This document shows, one piece after another, positions 20,198-30,482 of a DNA stretch of 64,000 nucleotides; position 1 is the first letter of the stretch, and each line of letters starts with the position of its first letter. Origin of the DNA: a phage; the sequence record PZ445430.1. One strand, written 5' to 3'. The position numbers were made by a program, and so were the translations under genes. The notes under the pieces are model-generated. The model was not told the origin of the DNA. It did no database searches and was given only the letters and a program-made list of their open reading frames with translations.

Positions 20198-20440
20198 ATG
20201 GGAAACGTCGTACATCTGCACCGCAAAACTAAGATCCACCGTACTTCATTGAGTGCTGCTAATATGATTACACGTAAGGAAGGGGAAGAAAGTCCTAAGA
20301 CTACCCTAGCGTGGAAAATTGTAGCCTCTAATCCAAATCGGCCATTCAACTATAATGAACTGAGTACTTCTATAGACATTCTTATGGCTAAGGAAATACG
20401 ACAGAAACTAACTGATATGACCGATAAACTTAAATGGTAA
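20198..20440 (+). CDS. small hypothetical protein
   Basis: 80 aa, coupled to the phoH stop. Confidence 0.4.
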   Translation: MGNVVHLHRKTKIHRTSLSAANMITRKEGEESPKTTLAWKIVASNPNRPFNYNELSTSIDILMAKEIRQKLTDMTDKLKW

Positions 20441-20447
20441 GACAGAC

Positions 20448-20481
20448 GAGCCTGGGTATGAAAATATCCGGGCTCTTTTTA
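20448..20481 (+). terminator. putative intrinsic terminator
   Basis: Hairpin GAGCCTGG...CCGGGCTC followed by TTTTTA. Confidence 0.45.
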
Positions 20482-20496
20482 TCTGTAAAATTGTAC

Positions 20497-20525
20497 TTGC
20501 AAAATGACCCAAAACAAAGTAGAAT
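20497..20525 (+). promoter_or_regulatory. sigma70-type promoter for nrdA
   Basis: TTGCAA, 17 bp, TAGAAT. Confidence 0.5.
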
Positions 20526-20562
20526 ATCTTCTAAATCCTGATAACTACAAAAAGGAAAGCCA

Positions 20563-22894
20563 AATGAGCCATCGTATCGAAAAAGTAATTAAACGTGACG
20601 GTACTGTTCAGGACTTTGCTCCTGAAAAACTCAATGATTGGGCTGCATGGGCATGTAAAGATACTGACGTAAGTTGGTCTGCCGTAGTTATGGCTGCCCT
20701 GAAAAATCTACCCAAAGGTGTTGTAGACTCCGATACACTCCAAGATGTGTTAATTAAAGCCGCTGAAGGTCTTATCAAAGACAACCCAGCATATGATACT
20801 GTAGCAAAGGAATTACGTCTTGCGCAGATGCGTAAACGCCTATATGATTCCTTTGAACCTCCTTCTCTGCGTTTCTTCCACGATCATATGGTTCGTATTG
20901 GCGCCTGGGAAGACATGAGTGCATGGATTAGCGATGATCATTTTGATGCTCTGAATCAAGTTATTGATCATGATCGCGATCGTTTATTCACCAGTGGTGG
21001 ACTGAAACAGTTCTTCGACAAGTATTCCCGTCGTAATATTGCAACTGGTGAAATTTATGAAACCCCGCAGTTTGCCTACATGGGTATGGCAATGGCGATG
21101 TTATCTCAACCTAACTGGACAATCCTAGATGCAATCGACCTCTACAATGCAATGTCGCTCCACAAAATCAACGTTCCTACGCCGCCACTGGTTGGCCTGC
21201 GCTCTAGTGACCGTGGATTTGCTAGTTGCTGTCTCGTGGATTCCACTGACACGCTGGATTCAATCGACACAGCCGAGCACATCGTCTTCAAAATGGTCGC
21301 AGCCAGAGCGGGAATCGGGTATCATCTTGAAAGCCGATCAATTGCTGATCCGGTGCGAAATGGGGCATTCCCGCATTCCGGAAAACTGCCATATTATCGA
21401 CACATTGACCGATCAGTAAAAGCTAACACTCAGCAAACCCGTGGTGGTTCTGCTACTGTGTCTTACCCATACTTCGATCCTGAAATCATTCAATTGATGC
21501 AAGTTAAGCAGCAACGTGCTACAGACGAGAATAAAATCGATAAGATGGATTACTCTCTGAGCTTTAACAACCTCCTGCTAAAACGTTACCTGAAAAACGA
21601 AGATATTACGCTAATGTCCTACTTCTACGCACCAGAAGTTCATGAAGCGTTTTATGGCGAAGATGAGGCTAAGTTTGAAGAAATCTACGTGGCAGCGGAG
21701 AAACGTGTGGCATCTCTTACAAAGATCGACCACGAAGGAAAAACAATTCCAGCAGCTCCTAGAATCTCTGCAAAAGAAATCCTAGATACTTGGTTACGTA
21801 TCCGTATGGAAACAGGGCGTATGTATGCTCATCACATTGGTGAATCTAACCGTCATGGTAACTTCCTTGACCCGATTCGTATGACCAACCTTTGTGTTGA
21901 AATTACTCAGCCAACCCGTCCATTCCATCACATTACGGAGCTGTATAAGACCCAAGATCAGTTAGACGATATGCGTCCAGAAGATATTGGTGAAGTATCT
22001 CTGTGTAACTTAGGTGGTGTTGTACTAGGTCGTATGGAATCTCTGGCTGAATGGGAGAAAACTTGCTACATTCTTCTGAAATTCGTTGATACAATCATCG
22101 AGATTCAGGATTACCCATTCCCAACTATGGAGTACACGGCTAAGAAACGTCGTAACGTTGGTATTGGTCTGATGAACGCAGCAGGTGCAATGGCAGCAGA
22201 AGGTTTGGCTTACGAAGGTGTTGAAGCCCGTAACTGGATTCACCGTGAAGCTGAAAAGCTGTCCTACTTCCTACATAAAGCCTCTGTACGTCTGGCTAAA
22301 GAACAAGGTGCATGTGACTGGTTTAATCGTACTAAACCATCCAAAGGAACTCTGGTAATCGACACGTACAAGAAAACTGTTGATGAACTGGTAACTGTAG
22401 GTCTAGAAATGGATTGGGAATCTCTGCGTGCAGATATTCTGAAATATGGTATGCGCAACTCTGTTCTGACTGCTCAGATGCCGGGTGAAAGTTCCTCTGT
22501 ACTGCTAGGTGTTACTAACTCTATCGAGCCGCCTCGTAAGATTGTATCTATCAAGGGTAGTGCAGTTAATAAAGTAATTGCAATTGCTCCAGGTGCAACC
22601 GATTGGGATACATTAATGAGTTATAAACTAGCTTATGATGTAGATCGTATCGAGTGGATAAAATGGGTAGCAACCATGCAGAAATTCTTCAGTCAGTCTA
22701 TCAGTACGAATATGTACTATGACTACACCAAGTTTGAGAATGAAATCATTCCTGGTCCAGTAGTAGTTCGTGATTTCATGACTGCTGTTAAGTACGGCTG
22801 GAAAACTTGGTACTACGCTAACTTCAACACTGAAAATGGTGGTGGAGCTGGTGAAGAAGCAGCAGGTTGTGCATCAGGTGGTTGTAACCTGTAA
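20563..22894 (+). CDS. nrdA: ribonucleoside-diphosphate reductase alpha subunit (class Ia)
   Basis: N-terminal ATP-cone HRIEKVIKRDGTVQDF; long catalytic domain; start at 20563 downstream of promoter 20497-20525 (the listed 20504 ATG lies inside the promoter). Confidence 0.85.
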
Positions 22895-22902
22895 TAAAAA
22901 CA

Positions 22903-22929
22903 AGGAGATCTTCGGGTCTCCTTTTTCTT
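22903..22929 (+). terminator. intrinsic terminator after nrdA
   Basis: AGGAGA-TCTTCGGG-TCTCCT hairpin then TTTTTCTTT. Confidence 0.6.
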
Positions 22930-22940
22930 TGAAATTTTAC

Positions 22941-22969
22941 TTGCTAATCGCTACCAGATTTGCTATAAT
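22941..22969 (+). promoter_or_regulatory. sigma70-type promoter for nrdB
   Basis: TTGCTA, 17 bp, TATAAT; follows the nrdA terminator. Confidence 0.6.
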
Positions 22970-23010
22970 ATTCCTGAAATAGTGAGAAATAGTGAGAAAG
23001 AGGAAAATCA

Positions 23011-24156
23011 ATGACTACTTTACTAAACCTGAATTGGGATCATACTAACGCTGACCTTTTCCTGGGCGATTCTCTTGGTATCGCAGATTACGTTCGTGTA
23101 GCACATCCTGAACTTGAGCGTCTAGCACTTTTGCAACGTTCTCAATTTTGGACTGAAACTGAAATCAGTCTGGAAGCCGATAAGAAACAATGGCCAAACC
23201 TCCCGCGTGATATTCAGGAAATTACTCTCCTGAACTTAGCATGGCAGACCCAAACAGATTCTTTCATTAGCCGTGCTCCTGAAGCAGCTATTATGCCGCT
23301 TGTAAGCCGTCCTGAATTGGAGGGTATGCTCAAGCAGTGGAGCTACTTCGAAGATCTGCACAGCCGTGCATATAGTAACATTATTCGTAACGTTCTGACT
23401 GATCCAGCAGAATTTATTGATTCTGTAACTAAAAACCAAGAAGCATTTGCACGTATCGCAGATTCTGTTGAACTGTTTGATGAATTGTATCTGTTAGGCC
23501 AGTATTTCCTTGCAGTACGTGATCATCGTGGTGATAATACTTATCCAGAAACTGAGTTCCCTGAAGTTAAACGTGAAACTCAGGCTAAACTGTTAGACGC
23601 TTACTTTGCAATCTATGGTCTGGAAGCAATGCAGTTCTACGCATCCTTTGCATGTACCTTTGCTCTAGCAGAGAACGATATTCTGCAAGGTATTGCTAAG
23701 AACCTGCAATTAATCGCTAAAGATGAAGCTCTACATACTCAAATGTCTAAAGCTATCATCCAGATTATGTTCCAGCAGTTTGATAAAGATCTGGTAGATG
23801 AAGCATTAGCTAAAGCACCAGCACAACTCCTAAAAACTCTGAAAACTGAGATTGAATGGGGCCACTTTATCTTTAAAGGCCGCAGTCTGATTGGTTTGAA
23901 CGCAGAATTGCTTGAAGAATACCTTTACTTTGTAGGACGTAACGCATTTATGCACATTGGTGTAGAATGGCCAAGCCACTTACCTGTAATTACTAAGAAC
24001 CCTATTCCGTGGATTATGAACTGGTTGGATACTACATCTTTACAACCTGCTCCACAAGAGATTCAGATTGGTGCAGCGTACCGTGTAGGTCAAGTAACTG
24101 AAACCTCTGCTGATACTCTGAAAGATCTTGGCAACGAATTTGAGGATATGTTCTAA
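23011..24156 (+). CDS. nrdB: ribonucleoside-diphosphate reductase beta subunit
   Basis: 381 aa immediately after nrdA with its own promoter; size and helical, ferritin-like character fit the small subunit. Confidence 0.8.
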   Translation: MTTLLNLNWDHTNADLFLGDSLGIADYVRVAHPELERLALLQRSQFWTETEISLEADKKQWPNLPRDIQEITLLNLAWQTQTDSFISRAPEAAIMPLVSRPELEGMLKQWSYFEDLHSRAYSNIIRNVLTDPAEFIDSVTKNQEAFARIADSVELFDELYLLGQYFLAVRDHRGDNTYPETEFPEVKRETQAKLLDAYFAIYGLEAMQFYASFACTFALAENDILQGIAKNLQLIAKDEALHTQMSKAIIQIMFQQFDKDLVDEALAKAPAQLLKTLKTEIEWGHFIFKGRSLIGLNAELLEEYLYFVGRNAFMHIGVEWPSHLPVITKNPIPWIMNWLDTTSLQPAPQEIQIGAAYRVGQVTETSADTLKDLGNEFEDMF

Positions 24157-24686
24157 TGATAGCAGCAATCTATGCAACTGGGCCGAATGGGGAGTTCGGC
24201 CTCAATGGTAAGCTCCCCTGGGGTTCTTTCAAAGAAGAACTAGATATCTTCTATGCTACATTGGATTCTCTGGCACCTGACAATATTATTGTAGGAGCAG
24301 GAACTTGGTTAGCATTCCCTGAGACTCTGCAAAAAAGAATACTAGGAGATTCTGACCTATTTATTTATGCAAATAGACCACTACCGAACTCTATAAGATC
24401 AGCTACACGCATAAGCAACATTGGATACCGTCTGCCTGATTTTCTCAAGGAAGAGGTAACTGTAGTATTAGGGGGAGCAACTCTGCTTCTTGAAATGTAT
24501 GTCAAAAATCATCTAGATATGGCGTATATCTCTACTATTACTTCAGCCACACCATTATCTGCTGATGTACATCTGCATCATCATATTACTTTAACTAATT
24601 CAATGGCAACTAGAATGGACTATGTGGCAGGACAGAATGCAGATAAAACGCTTTCATTCTTACAAGAATTGGTGATATTTAAATGA
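24156..24686 (+). CDS. dihydrofolate reductase-like protein
   Basis: 176 aa; N-terminus [21 protein letters not shown] matches the DHFR pattern; ATGA overlap with the nrdB stop. Confidence 0.65.
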   Translation: MIAAIYATGPNGEFGLNGKLPWGSFKEELDIFYATLDSLAPDNIIVGAGTWLAFPETLQKRILGDSDLFIYANRPLPNSIRSATRISNIGYRLPDFLKEEVTVVLGGATLLLEMYVKNHLDMAYISTITSATPLSADVHLHHHITLTNSMATRMDYVAGQNADKTLSFLQELVIFK

Positions 24687-25537
24687 AGCAATATATTGAA
24701 ACTGGAAAACGTATTCTTGAAGAGGGTGTATGGGTAACGAATCCTAGAACAGGGGTTCGTTGCCTAACCATTATTGATGCAGACTTTACCTTTAACGTAG
24801 GAGCAGGAGAACTGCCGCTAGTAACTACTCGTAAAGCATTTGCTAAACAAGCAATAATGGAAATGATCGGATATCTCCGTGGGTACGACTCAGCAGCACA
24901 ATTCCGCGCTATTGGTGTTAATACATGGAATGCTAATGCAAATGAAAATATTGCCTGGCTAGGTAATCCATTCCGTAAAGGCGAGGATGATATGGGACGA
25001 GTCTATGGTGTTCAAGGACGTCATTGGACTAATTCTGATGGTATGGTATTTGATCAGTTAGCCAAAGTCTATCATAATTTGAAAAGAGGGATTGACGATC
25101 GTGGAGAAATTTTAACTTTTTGGAACCCTGGGGAATTTCGTAGAGGATGCCTACGTCCGTGTATGCATACCCATCAATTCTCTATTTTAGGTGATACACT
25201 ATACCTAAACTCTTTCCAGAGGTCTAATGATTTCTTGCTGGGCCAAGTATTTAATATGGTGCAATGCTATGCACTTCTAGCTATTATGGCACAGATTACA
25301 GGTCTTAAGCCAGGTATTGCTCGTCAAAAGATTATTAATCTTCATATCTATGAAGATCAGTATAATGTTCTGATGGAGCACAAGCAATTCGATCGTGAAC
25401 CTTTTGCACCTCCTACTTTAGAAATCAATCCAAATATTAGAACTTTGGATGATGTATTAACGTGGGTAAGTAAGGATGATTTTACTGTTCGTGGCTATGA
25501 ACACCATCCTGCTATTGCATATCCATTTACGGTGTAA
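24683..25537 (+). CDS. thyA: thymidylate synthase
   Basis: 284 aa; catalytic-Cys region [10 protein letters not shown] resembles ThyA; overlaps the DHFR stop. Confidence 0.8.
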   Translation: MKQYIETGKRILEEGVWVTNPRTGVRCLTIIDADFTFNVGAGELPLVTTRKAFAKQAIMEMIGYLRGYDSAAQFRAIGVNTWNANANENIAWLGNPFRKGEDDMGRVYGVQGRHWTNSDGMVFDQLAKVYHNLKRGIDDRGEILTFWNPGEFRRGCLRPCMHTHQFSILGDTLYLNSFQRSNDFLLGQVFNMVQCYALLAIMAQITGLKPGIARQKIINLHIYEDQYNVLMEHKQFDREPFAPPTLEINPNIRTLDDVLTWVSKDDFTVRGYEHHPAIAYPFTV

Positions 25538-25540
25538 CAT

Positions 25541-25894
25541 ATGTTAATTATACTATTATTTGTCATATTCTTTCTAAAACATTTTATGGCCGATTATACA
25601 CTCCAAACTCCATATATGCTAAGAAAGACGAATAAAATAGGGTGGAAACTTCCATTATTAACCCATTCGCTAGTACATGCTGGATTAACATTTGCAATTC
25701 TAATCCTATTCACATCACCAGGAATGTCTATAGCTTTAGCTATTATGGAATTAATTCTACACTTTATTATAGATTATTGGAAAGCACAACGCTGTAAATA
25801 CGCTATAAGCGATGCTAAGTTTTGGATAGCTTTAGGATTTGATCAGTTACTGCATTATCTGACATACGCCCTAATAATCTTGATTATAATCTAA
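25541..25894 (+). CDS. hypothetical integral membrane protein
   Basis: 117 aa with three to four hydrophobic helices. Confidence 0.5.
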   Translation: MLIILLFVIFFLKHFMADYTLQTPYMLRKTNKIGWKLPLLTHSLVHAGLTFAILILFTSPGMSIALAIMELILHFIIDYWKAQRCKYAISDAKFWIALGFDQLLHYLTYALIILIII

Positions 25895-25898
25895 TTCA

Positions 25899-25925
25899 AA
25901 TAGCCCTTCGGGGCTATTATATTTA
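25899..25925 (+). terminator. intrinsic terminator
   Basis: ATAGCCC-TTCG-GGGCTAT hairpin then T-rich tail. Confidence 0.55.
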
Positions 25926-25933
25926 AATTTCAT

Positions 25934-25962
25934 TTGCTTACTGAGTGAAATTCAAATATAAT
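25934..25962 (+). promoter_or_regulatory. sigma70-type promoter
   Basis: TTGCTT, 17 bp, TATAAT. Confidence 0.6.
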
Positions 25963-25992
25963 ATACTTCTAGTTTGACAGAAGGATTTAATA

Positions 25993-26571
25993 ATGACAGC
26001 CATAGTAGCATTTAAATATAAAGATAAAGTATACTTAGCTGGTGATCGTATGGGTTCTAATGGCTATACGAAACTGCTGGTTAAAAATCCGAAAGTATTC
26101 AAAATCTCTGATGATTTGTACTTCGGATACACTAGTTCCTTCTACATGGGACAATTACTAGAGCATAGCTTTACTGTACCACCACGTTTAGCAGATATTT
26201 CCGATGATAAATATTTATATACGGAAATAGTACCTAAATTACGTGATATGTTTAACCAGAAAGATTTTGGCGAAAAGAAAAATGAAAAATATGCTGAACC
26301 TAATCTGGGACAATTTATTATGCTCTACAAAGGAAGAATCTTTATTTTCCAATCTAATGCTTCTATTCTAGAAGTTGAATATGCCGGTGTAGGCTGTGGA
26401 GGAGAAGATGTACTTTCCAGTATTCGTACAGGTTTAGCTATTGCGGATTGTCGAGCCACAGATTTAGATGTAGATGATATATTTGAAATCATTGATCTGG
26501 CTTTTACGCATTGTGCAGATTATATGTGTGGTGTATCTTCTCAACATGATGTATTAGTAATTGGAGAATAA
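25993..26571 (+). CDS. Ntn-hydrolase, HslV/proteasome beta-like protein
   Basis: 192 aa; N-terminal MTAIVAF...VYLAGDRMGSNG parallels HslV TTIV...AGDGQ with Thr2 as candidate nucleophile. Confidence 0.45.
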   Translation: MTAIVAFKYKDKVYLAGDRMGSNGYTKLLVKNPKVFKISDDLYFGYTSSFYMGQLLEHSFTVPPRLADISDDKYLYTEIVPKLRDMFNQKDFGEKKNEKYAEPNLGQFIMLYKGRIFIFQSNASILEVEYAGVGCGGEDVLSSIRTGLAIADCRATDLDVDDIFEIIDLAFTHCADYMCGVSSQHDVLVIGE

Positions 26572-26573
26572 AT

Positions 26574-26843
26574 ATGTCTATTCTTTTATCTGCTTTAGAA
26601 GCAAAACAAAATACTATTGCTAGCATTAAAAAGGAAGTAATTGACCTAGAATCACTTATTGCCATAGAGATTGACAAAGCTATCAAAGATAAAGAATTTA
26701 ACTGTCACATCCAGGGATTAACTGAATACTCAGAAAACGCTAGAAATAGCGTCATGCAAAAACTTAGCAAACTAGGTTATGTTGTAGAAGCTAAGTATGA
26801 ACAGCGTGAAGGTTTTTGGCTTGAAATTGATTGGAGCAAATAA
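26574..26843 (+). CDS. hypothetical protein
   Basis: 89 aa. Confidence 0.45.
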   Translation: MSILLSALEAKQNTIASIKKEVIDLESLIAIEIDKAIKDKEFNCHIQGLTEYSENARNSVMQKLSKLGYVVEAKYEQREGFWLEIDWSK

Positions 26844-27319
26844 TGTCGGTTTTCCACATATATACAGATGGTGCATGTAAAGGCAATCCTGGTTTAGGTG
26901 CGTGGGGATTCGTTGTCTATAATGATAATGATGATCGTATTGGCTCTAAATCTGGCTTCAGCCCTAAAACTACTAATAACGAAATGGAACTTACTGCAAT
27001 TGTAGAAGTTCTTCGTTGGTCTACTAAGAAAGATAATCGTCCAGTAATTATCTACACTGATTCTGCTTACTGCAAAAATGGTATGGAAAGCTGGATGTGG
27101 TCTTGGCAGAAGAAAGGCTGGAAGAAGGGAGATGGTGAAACTCCTCTTAATCTAGAACTCTGGCAAGAAGCATTTAAACTAACTCAACAGTATATTAACT
27201 TCCATGATACCAATCCAACCTTTGTTAAGGTTAAAGGTCACTCAGGTATTCGTGGTAATGAAGAAGTTGATGCTCTATGCAATACTGTAATTACTGAGCA
27301 AGAACTTGCTGAGATGTAA
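26843..27319 (+). CDS. rnhA: ribonuclease H
   Basis: RNase HI motifs HIYTDGACKGNPG, ELTAIVE, IIYTDSAY, VKGHSGIRGNEEVD. Confidence 0.8.
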   Translation: MSVFHIYTDGACKGNPGLGAWGFVVYNDNDDRIGSKSGFSPKTTNNEMELTAIVEVLRWSTKKDNRPVIIYTDSAYCKNGMESWMWSWQKKGWKKGDGETPLNLELWQEAFKLTQQYINFHDTNPTFVKVKGHSGIRGNEEVDALCNTVITEQELAEM

Positions 27320-27339
27320 TAAATAATTTAAAAATTCAC

Positions 27340-27368
27340 TTGCTTAAAGCCCTCGAATTTAGTATAAT
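27340..27368 (+). promoter_or_regulatory. sigma70-type promoter
   Basis: TTGCTT, 17 bp, TATAAT; flanked by inverted repeat AAAGCCCTC / GAGGGCTTT. Confidence 0.6.
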
Positions 27369-27395
27369 ATTCGTATTGAAAGTGAGGAGGGCTTT

Positions 27396-27674
27396 ATGCG
27401 AATTTACAACTCAAATTCATTAGGATTTAAACCTTTGAGAAAACGCGCACAATCTCCGCGTCAGATCAGAAAGGCAAATATTGGTGAGCCAGAAACTAGG
27501 CTTCCACCACCTCCGGAGCAGCGTCTAGTTTATCTAGATGAAGAATTAGCCGAAAGGGAACGCAAAGCTCAAGAAGAAATTGAGCGTAAGAAACTGTGTA
27601 CTGCTCCTGCATATAACAAGGGTGGTTATCAGTACGTTTCCAGTGAGGAACAAGCTAAGATGATCGGCAGATAA
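27396..27674 (+). CDS. hypothetical protein
   Basis: 92 aa after promoter 27340-27368 and GAGGAGGG RBS. Confidence 0.5.
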   Translation: MRIYNSNSLGFKPLRKRAQSPRQIRKANIGEPETRLPPPPEQRLVYLDEELAERERKAQEEIERKKLCTAPAYNKGGYQYVSSEEQAKMIGR

Positions 27675-27690
27675 TTTTTAAAAAATTCAT

Positions 27691-27719
27691 TTGCTAAACG
27701 CTTCAAAATTTCGTATAAT
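27691..27719 (+). promoter_or_regulatory. sigma70-type promoter
   Basis: TTGCTA, 17 bp, TATAAT with upstream A-tract. Confidence 0.6.
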
Positions 27720-27757
27720 ATATCTCATAAATTGATCAACAAAAAGGAAAACAAATA

Positions 27758-28273
27758 ATGGCTAAGCAGAAAAACGCAAAAACTCAGGCAGCTCCGGCAG
27801 TTAAAACTTTCGCTCAGACCGAAGCCAATCGTAAGGCTCGTCTGGAACGTCATCTGCGTAAGCATCCTACTGATGCTCAGGCTCAGACTGCCCTGAAGTC
27901 TGCGGCTCCGGTTCGCCAGAAGCCGAAGGCCAAGAACTCTACTCGCGCAACTGCTAAGCAGGTTGTGTTCATCAAGGGTGAAGGTCATAAGTCTGTACCG
28001 GTAACTCTGAGCTTTAACGGCGGTGCTGAGATGTTCGCCCGCAACGGTATGGCTCTGAAAGACTACGAAAAAGCAGTCAATCAGAAGCGTAAGCCAATGG
28101 CTGACGTAATGCGTGAATCCCGTGGACAGTTTGGCTCCGTTAAACCGAATATTTTCGGTGTAGAGTATAGCCGTGACAACGTTCGCGCTCTGTGCTACGG
28201 TATCGGTATTAAGTTTACTGGTGCTTCTGATCGTAAATCCGCTAAACCTACTCGTAAGCGTAAAGCGAAGTAA
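27758..28273 (+). CDS. hypothetical basic protein
   Basis: 171 aa, Lys/Arg/Ala-rich, GC-rich codon usage; after promoter 27691-27719. Confidence 0.55.
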   Translation: MAKQKNAKTQAAPAVKTFAQTEANRKARLERHLRKHPTDAQAQTALKSAAPVRQKPKAKNSTRATAKQVVFIKGEGHKSVPVTLSFNGGAEMFARNGMALKDYEKAVNQKRKPMADVMRESRGQFGSVKPNIFGVEYSRDNVRALCYGIGIKFTGASDRKSAKPTRKRKAK

Positions 28274-28279
28274 TGATTG

Positions 28280-28305
28280 ATGGGGCGAAAGCCCCATATA
28301 CTAAC
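28280..28305 (+). terminator. hairpin, possible terminator
   Basis: ATGGGGC-GAAA-GCCCCAT (GNRA loop); weak U-tract. Confidence 0.4.
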
Positions 28306-28334
28306 TCTTTCTCTGACTAATTAAGGATATTTTT

Positions 28335-28550
28335 ATGTTCTCTAAGAAACCACGTTCCGTTACTGAAATCGTTGCTTCCTTTACCACTATTACTGATGAA
28401 CTTCAAGCTCGTATTGAAGCTGACCAGAAAACTGCTGCTGATATTCAGAAACAGCAGGAAGAACTCGCTCTGAAACTGGCTGAAACCAATAAGAGTGAAA
28501 AATCTGCTCAAACTATTAAGGAAAATATCCTTAAACTGCTGGGCAAGTAA
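28335..28550 (+). CDS. small hypothetical protein
   Basis: 71 aa, coiled-coil-like. Confidence 0.45.
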   Translation: MFSKKPRSVTEIVASFTTITDELQARIEADQKTAADIQKQQEELALKLAETNKSEKSAQTIKENILKLLGK

Positions 28551-28558
28551 TTTAAATC

Positions 28559-28584
28559 AGGGGGCGAAAGCCCCTCTTATTTGG
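28559..28584 (+). terminator. hairpin, possible terminator
   Basis: GGGGGC-GAAA-GCCCCT then CTTATTTGG. Confidence 0.45.
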
Positions 28585-28591
28585 AGAAACT

Positions 28592-28804
28592 ATGCGTAAC
28601 TTCGTTGCAAAGAATGATTTTAACCGTGCTAGCACTCACAAGTCTGCTAGAGACTACACTCGTCTTTCTAAACATGAGCTTCTAGAAGAAATCATGGAAG
28701 AAAACTGGGATGTTAGTGAAAATGGAACAGACCTGTTTGAAGAAGAGGAAGTTCCTCTGAAAGACCCCAAACAGTGGGAGTCTATTAAAGAGACAGCTCT
28801 TTAA
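28592..28804 (+). CDS. small hypothetical acidic protein
   Basis: 70 aa. Confidence 0.45.
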   Translation: MRNFVAKNDFNRASTHKSARDYTRLSKHELLEEIMEENWDVSENGTDLFEEEEVPLKDPKQWESIKETAL

Positions 28805-28834
28805 TAGTTTTCTACAACAATAAAGGACATAATT

Positions 28835-29536
28835 ATGAAATTCAAGCCCTTTGGTATGCTGGACATTGAATCTCTAGGTACTCCAGGAAATTGCGGTACT
28901 ACTCATATTGCAATGCCTTCTTTCGCTTTTGTAGCGATGCACGGAATTGATAAAGATCCTGATCTGGTATTCGTTACTCTAGACGTTCAAGATCAGCTTA
29001 ATGCGGGTGCTAAGGTAACTGCCTCTACTATTGCATTCTGGATGGATCAAGCTAAAAACAGTCCATCTGCGCTCCATATTATGGAGGCTCTAAATGGTCG
29101 TAATCCTAAGCTGATTGCCTTCCGTGATGGTAAGCATCACTGCACTAATGACGTAGGCTCTAATTATGCTGCCTTCTCTATGGCTCAGAACATTATGGAA
29201 TTGTCTCTAGGAGATAATGCTCTGTATTACGGCAATGGCCCAGAGTTTGATATGACAATCTACTCTGCAAATACGTTCCATGCCGGAACCCATGAAGAAA
29301 TAGTTCCGTGGAAATTCTGGAACTTAGGTAACGTTCGATCTTTCCGTAATCAGTGGATGCAAGCTGGTTATAGCTATAAAGATCTAGAAGCCGAAGGTGC
29401 TAGCTGGGCAAAAGCTAAAATGGAAAAGATGGACACCATTCGTTATGGAATCTATCCTGTGAAGCATGATCCAGCATTCGATGCTTTAGTTGAAAGTTAT
29501 TGTGTAGCCGTCATGATCGAAAAAATCAAAATTTGA
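28835..29536 (+). CDS. putative DEDDh-type 3'-5' exonuclease
   Basis: 233 aa; Exo I-like MLDIESLGT and C-terminal H-x4-D (VKHDPAFD). Confidence 0.45.
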   Translation: MKFKPFGMLDIESLGTPGNCGTTHIAMPSFAFVAMHGIDKDPDLVFVTLDVQDQLNAGAKVTASTIAFWMDQAKNSPSALHIMEALNGRNPKLIAFRDGKHHCTNDVGSNYAAFSMAQNIMELSLGDNALYYGNGPEFDMTIYSANTFHAGTHEEIVPWKFWNLGNVRSFRNQWMQAGYSYKDLEAEGASWAKAKMEKMDTIRYGIYPVKHDPAFDALVESYCVAVMIEKIKI

Positions 29537-29537
29537 T

Positions 29538-29566
29538 TTGCTTTCAGCTCCAAAATTCTGTATAAT
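29538..29566 (+). promoter_or_regulatory. sigma70-type promoter
   Basis: TTGCTT, 17 bp, TATAAT. Confidence 0.6.
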
Positions 29567-29606
29567 ATATTCATAAATTTGAGAGAACAACAAAAGGAAA
29601 ATAATT

Positions 29607-29789
29607 ATGCCAGTATCTAAAAACGTCCGTAAAAATGGTAAAGTAGCAAAACGTAACCTGGGTCTGCGTCGTATGGCTGAGTGTCAGTCCGGCATCCAGA
29701 AAATCTTTAATGTACTGAATCGCGCCAACCCGAATATTGATAACAGTTCTGATACTGTTCTGCGCACTCTGCTGGCAATCGGTCTGTAA
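29607..29789 (+). CDS. small basic hypothetical protein
   Basis: 60 aa after promoter 29538-29566. Confidence 0.45.
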   Translation: MPVSKNVRKNGKVAKRNLGLRRMAECQSGIQKIFNVLNRANPNIDNSSDTVLRTLLAIGL

Positions 29790-29843
29790 TAGGCCGTTTT
29801 TAAAACAAATTCAAATCTCAAACTTCATATAAGGAAGCAAATA

Positions 29844-30482
29844 ATGACTACTCGTATCTCTAAAACTCGTGCTCTGGCAACTATCAAGTCTCTGGAAGCT
29901 AAAATCCGTAAAGCTACTGAACAACAGCTTTTGATCGCTGTTGGTGAAGGTAAGGACAAGAACCAAGTTGTCGTTGGCGCTGCAATCGAAGTAGATGCTC
30001 TGTCTACTCGTATTAAGACTGATTTCCAGTCTCTGCTGGATATGATGTCCCAGCGTGATCAGCTGAAAGCTGCGCTGATCAAGAGCAATGCTGAAACTGT
30101 TGTAGAGATCGGTTCTCGCTCTATGACTGTTGCGGAAGCAATCGAAGCTAAGCGTTCTATGGAACTCAAAGCTCAGTTGCTGGCTAACATGCGTAAGCAG
30201 TTCCATGCTGCTACTGTTAAGTTTAACACTCAGAAGGCTCAGTTTGACGCCAAGTATGAGCGTCTGCAGGATACCATGGCTACCCGCGACAAGAAGACTT
30301 CCGAGGATGAAGTTAAGATGCAGCTTAACCTGCTGGAACTCAAGAACACTCCGTTCCTGATCGATCCGCTGGAGCTAGAAAAGCTGATCAAGCAACACGA
30401 CGAAGAATACCAGGACTTTGCAACTAACGTTGACTTTGTTCTGTCTGAGTCCAACGCCTCTACTTTCATCGAAGTAGAGTAA
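29844..30482 (+). CDS. hypothetical coiled-coil protein
   Basis: 212 aa, GC-rich codon usage. Confidence 0.5.
   Translation: MTTRISKTRALATIKSLEAKIRKATEQQLLIAVGEGKDKNQVVVGAAIEVDALSTRIKTDFQSLLDMMSQRDQLKAALIKSNAETVVEIGSRSMTVAEAIEAKRSMELKAQLLANMRKQFHAATVKFNTQKAQFDAKYERLQDTMATRDKKTSEDEVKMQLNLLELKNTPFLIDPLELEKLIKQHDEEYQDFATNVDFVLSESNASTFIEVE

Noticed and set aside
21129-21419. 96 aa plus-strand ORF inside nrdA
   Set aside because: Alternative frame internal to a well-supported conserved gene
22978-22999. Tandem direct repeat AATAGTGAGAA x2 between the nrdB promoter and RBS
   Set aside because: Only two copies in a 5' leader; too short to call a functional repeat element
27725-28297. 190 aa minus-strand ORF
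   Set aside because: Completely antisense to the promoter-driven plus-strand gene 27758-28273; low-complexity translation; no RBS
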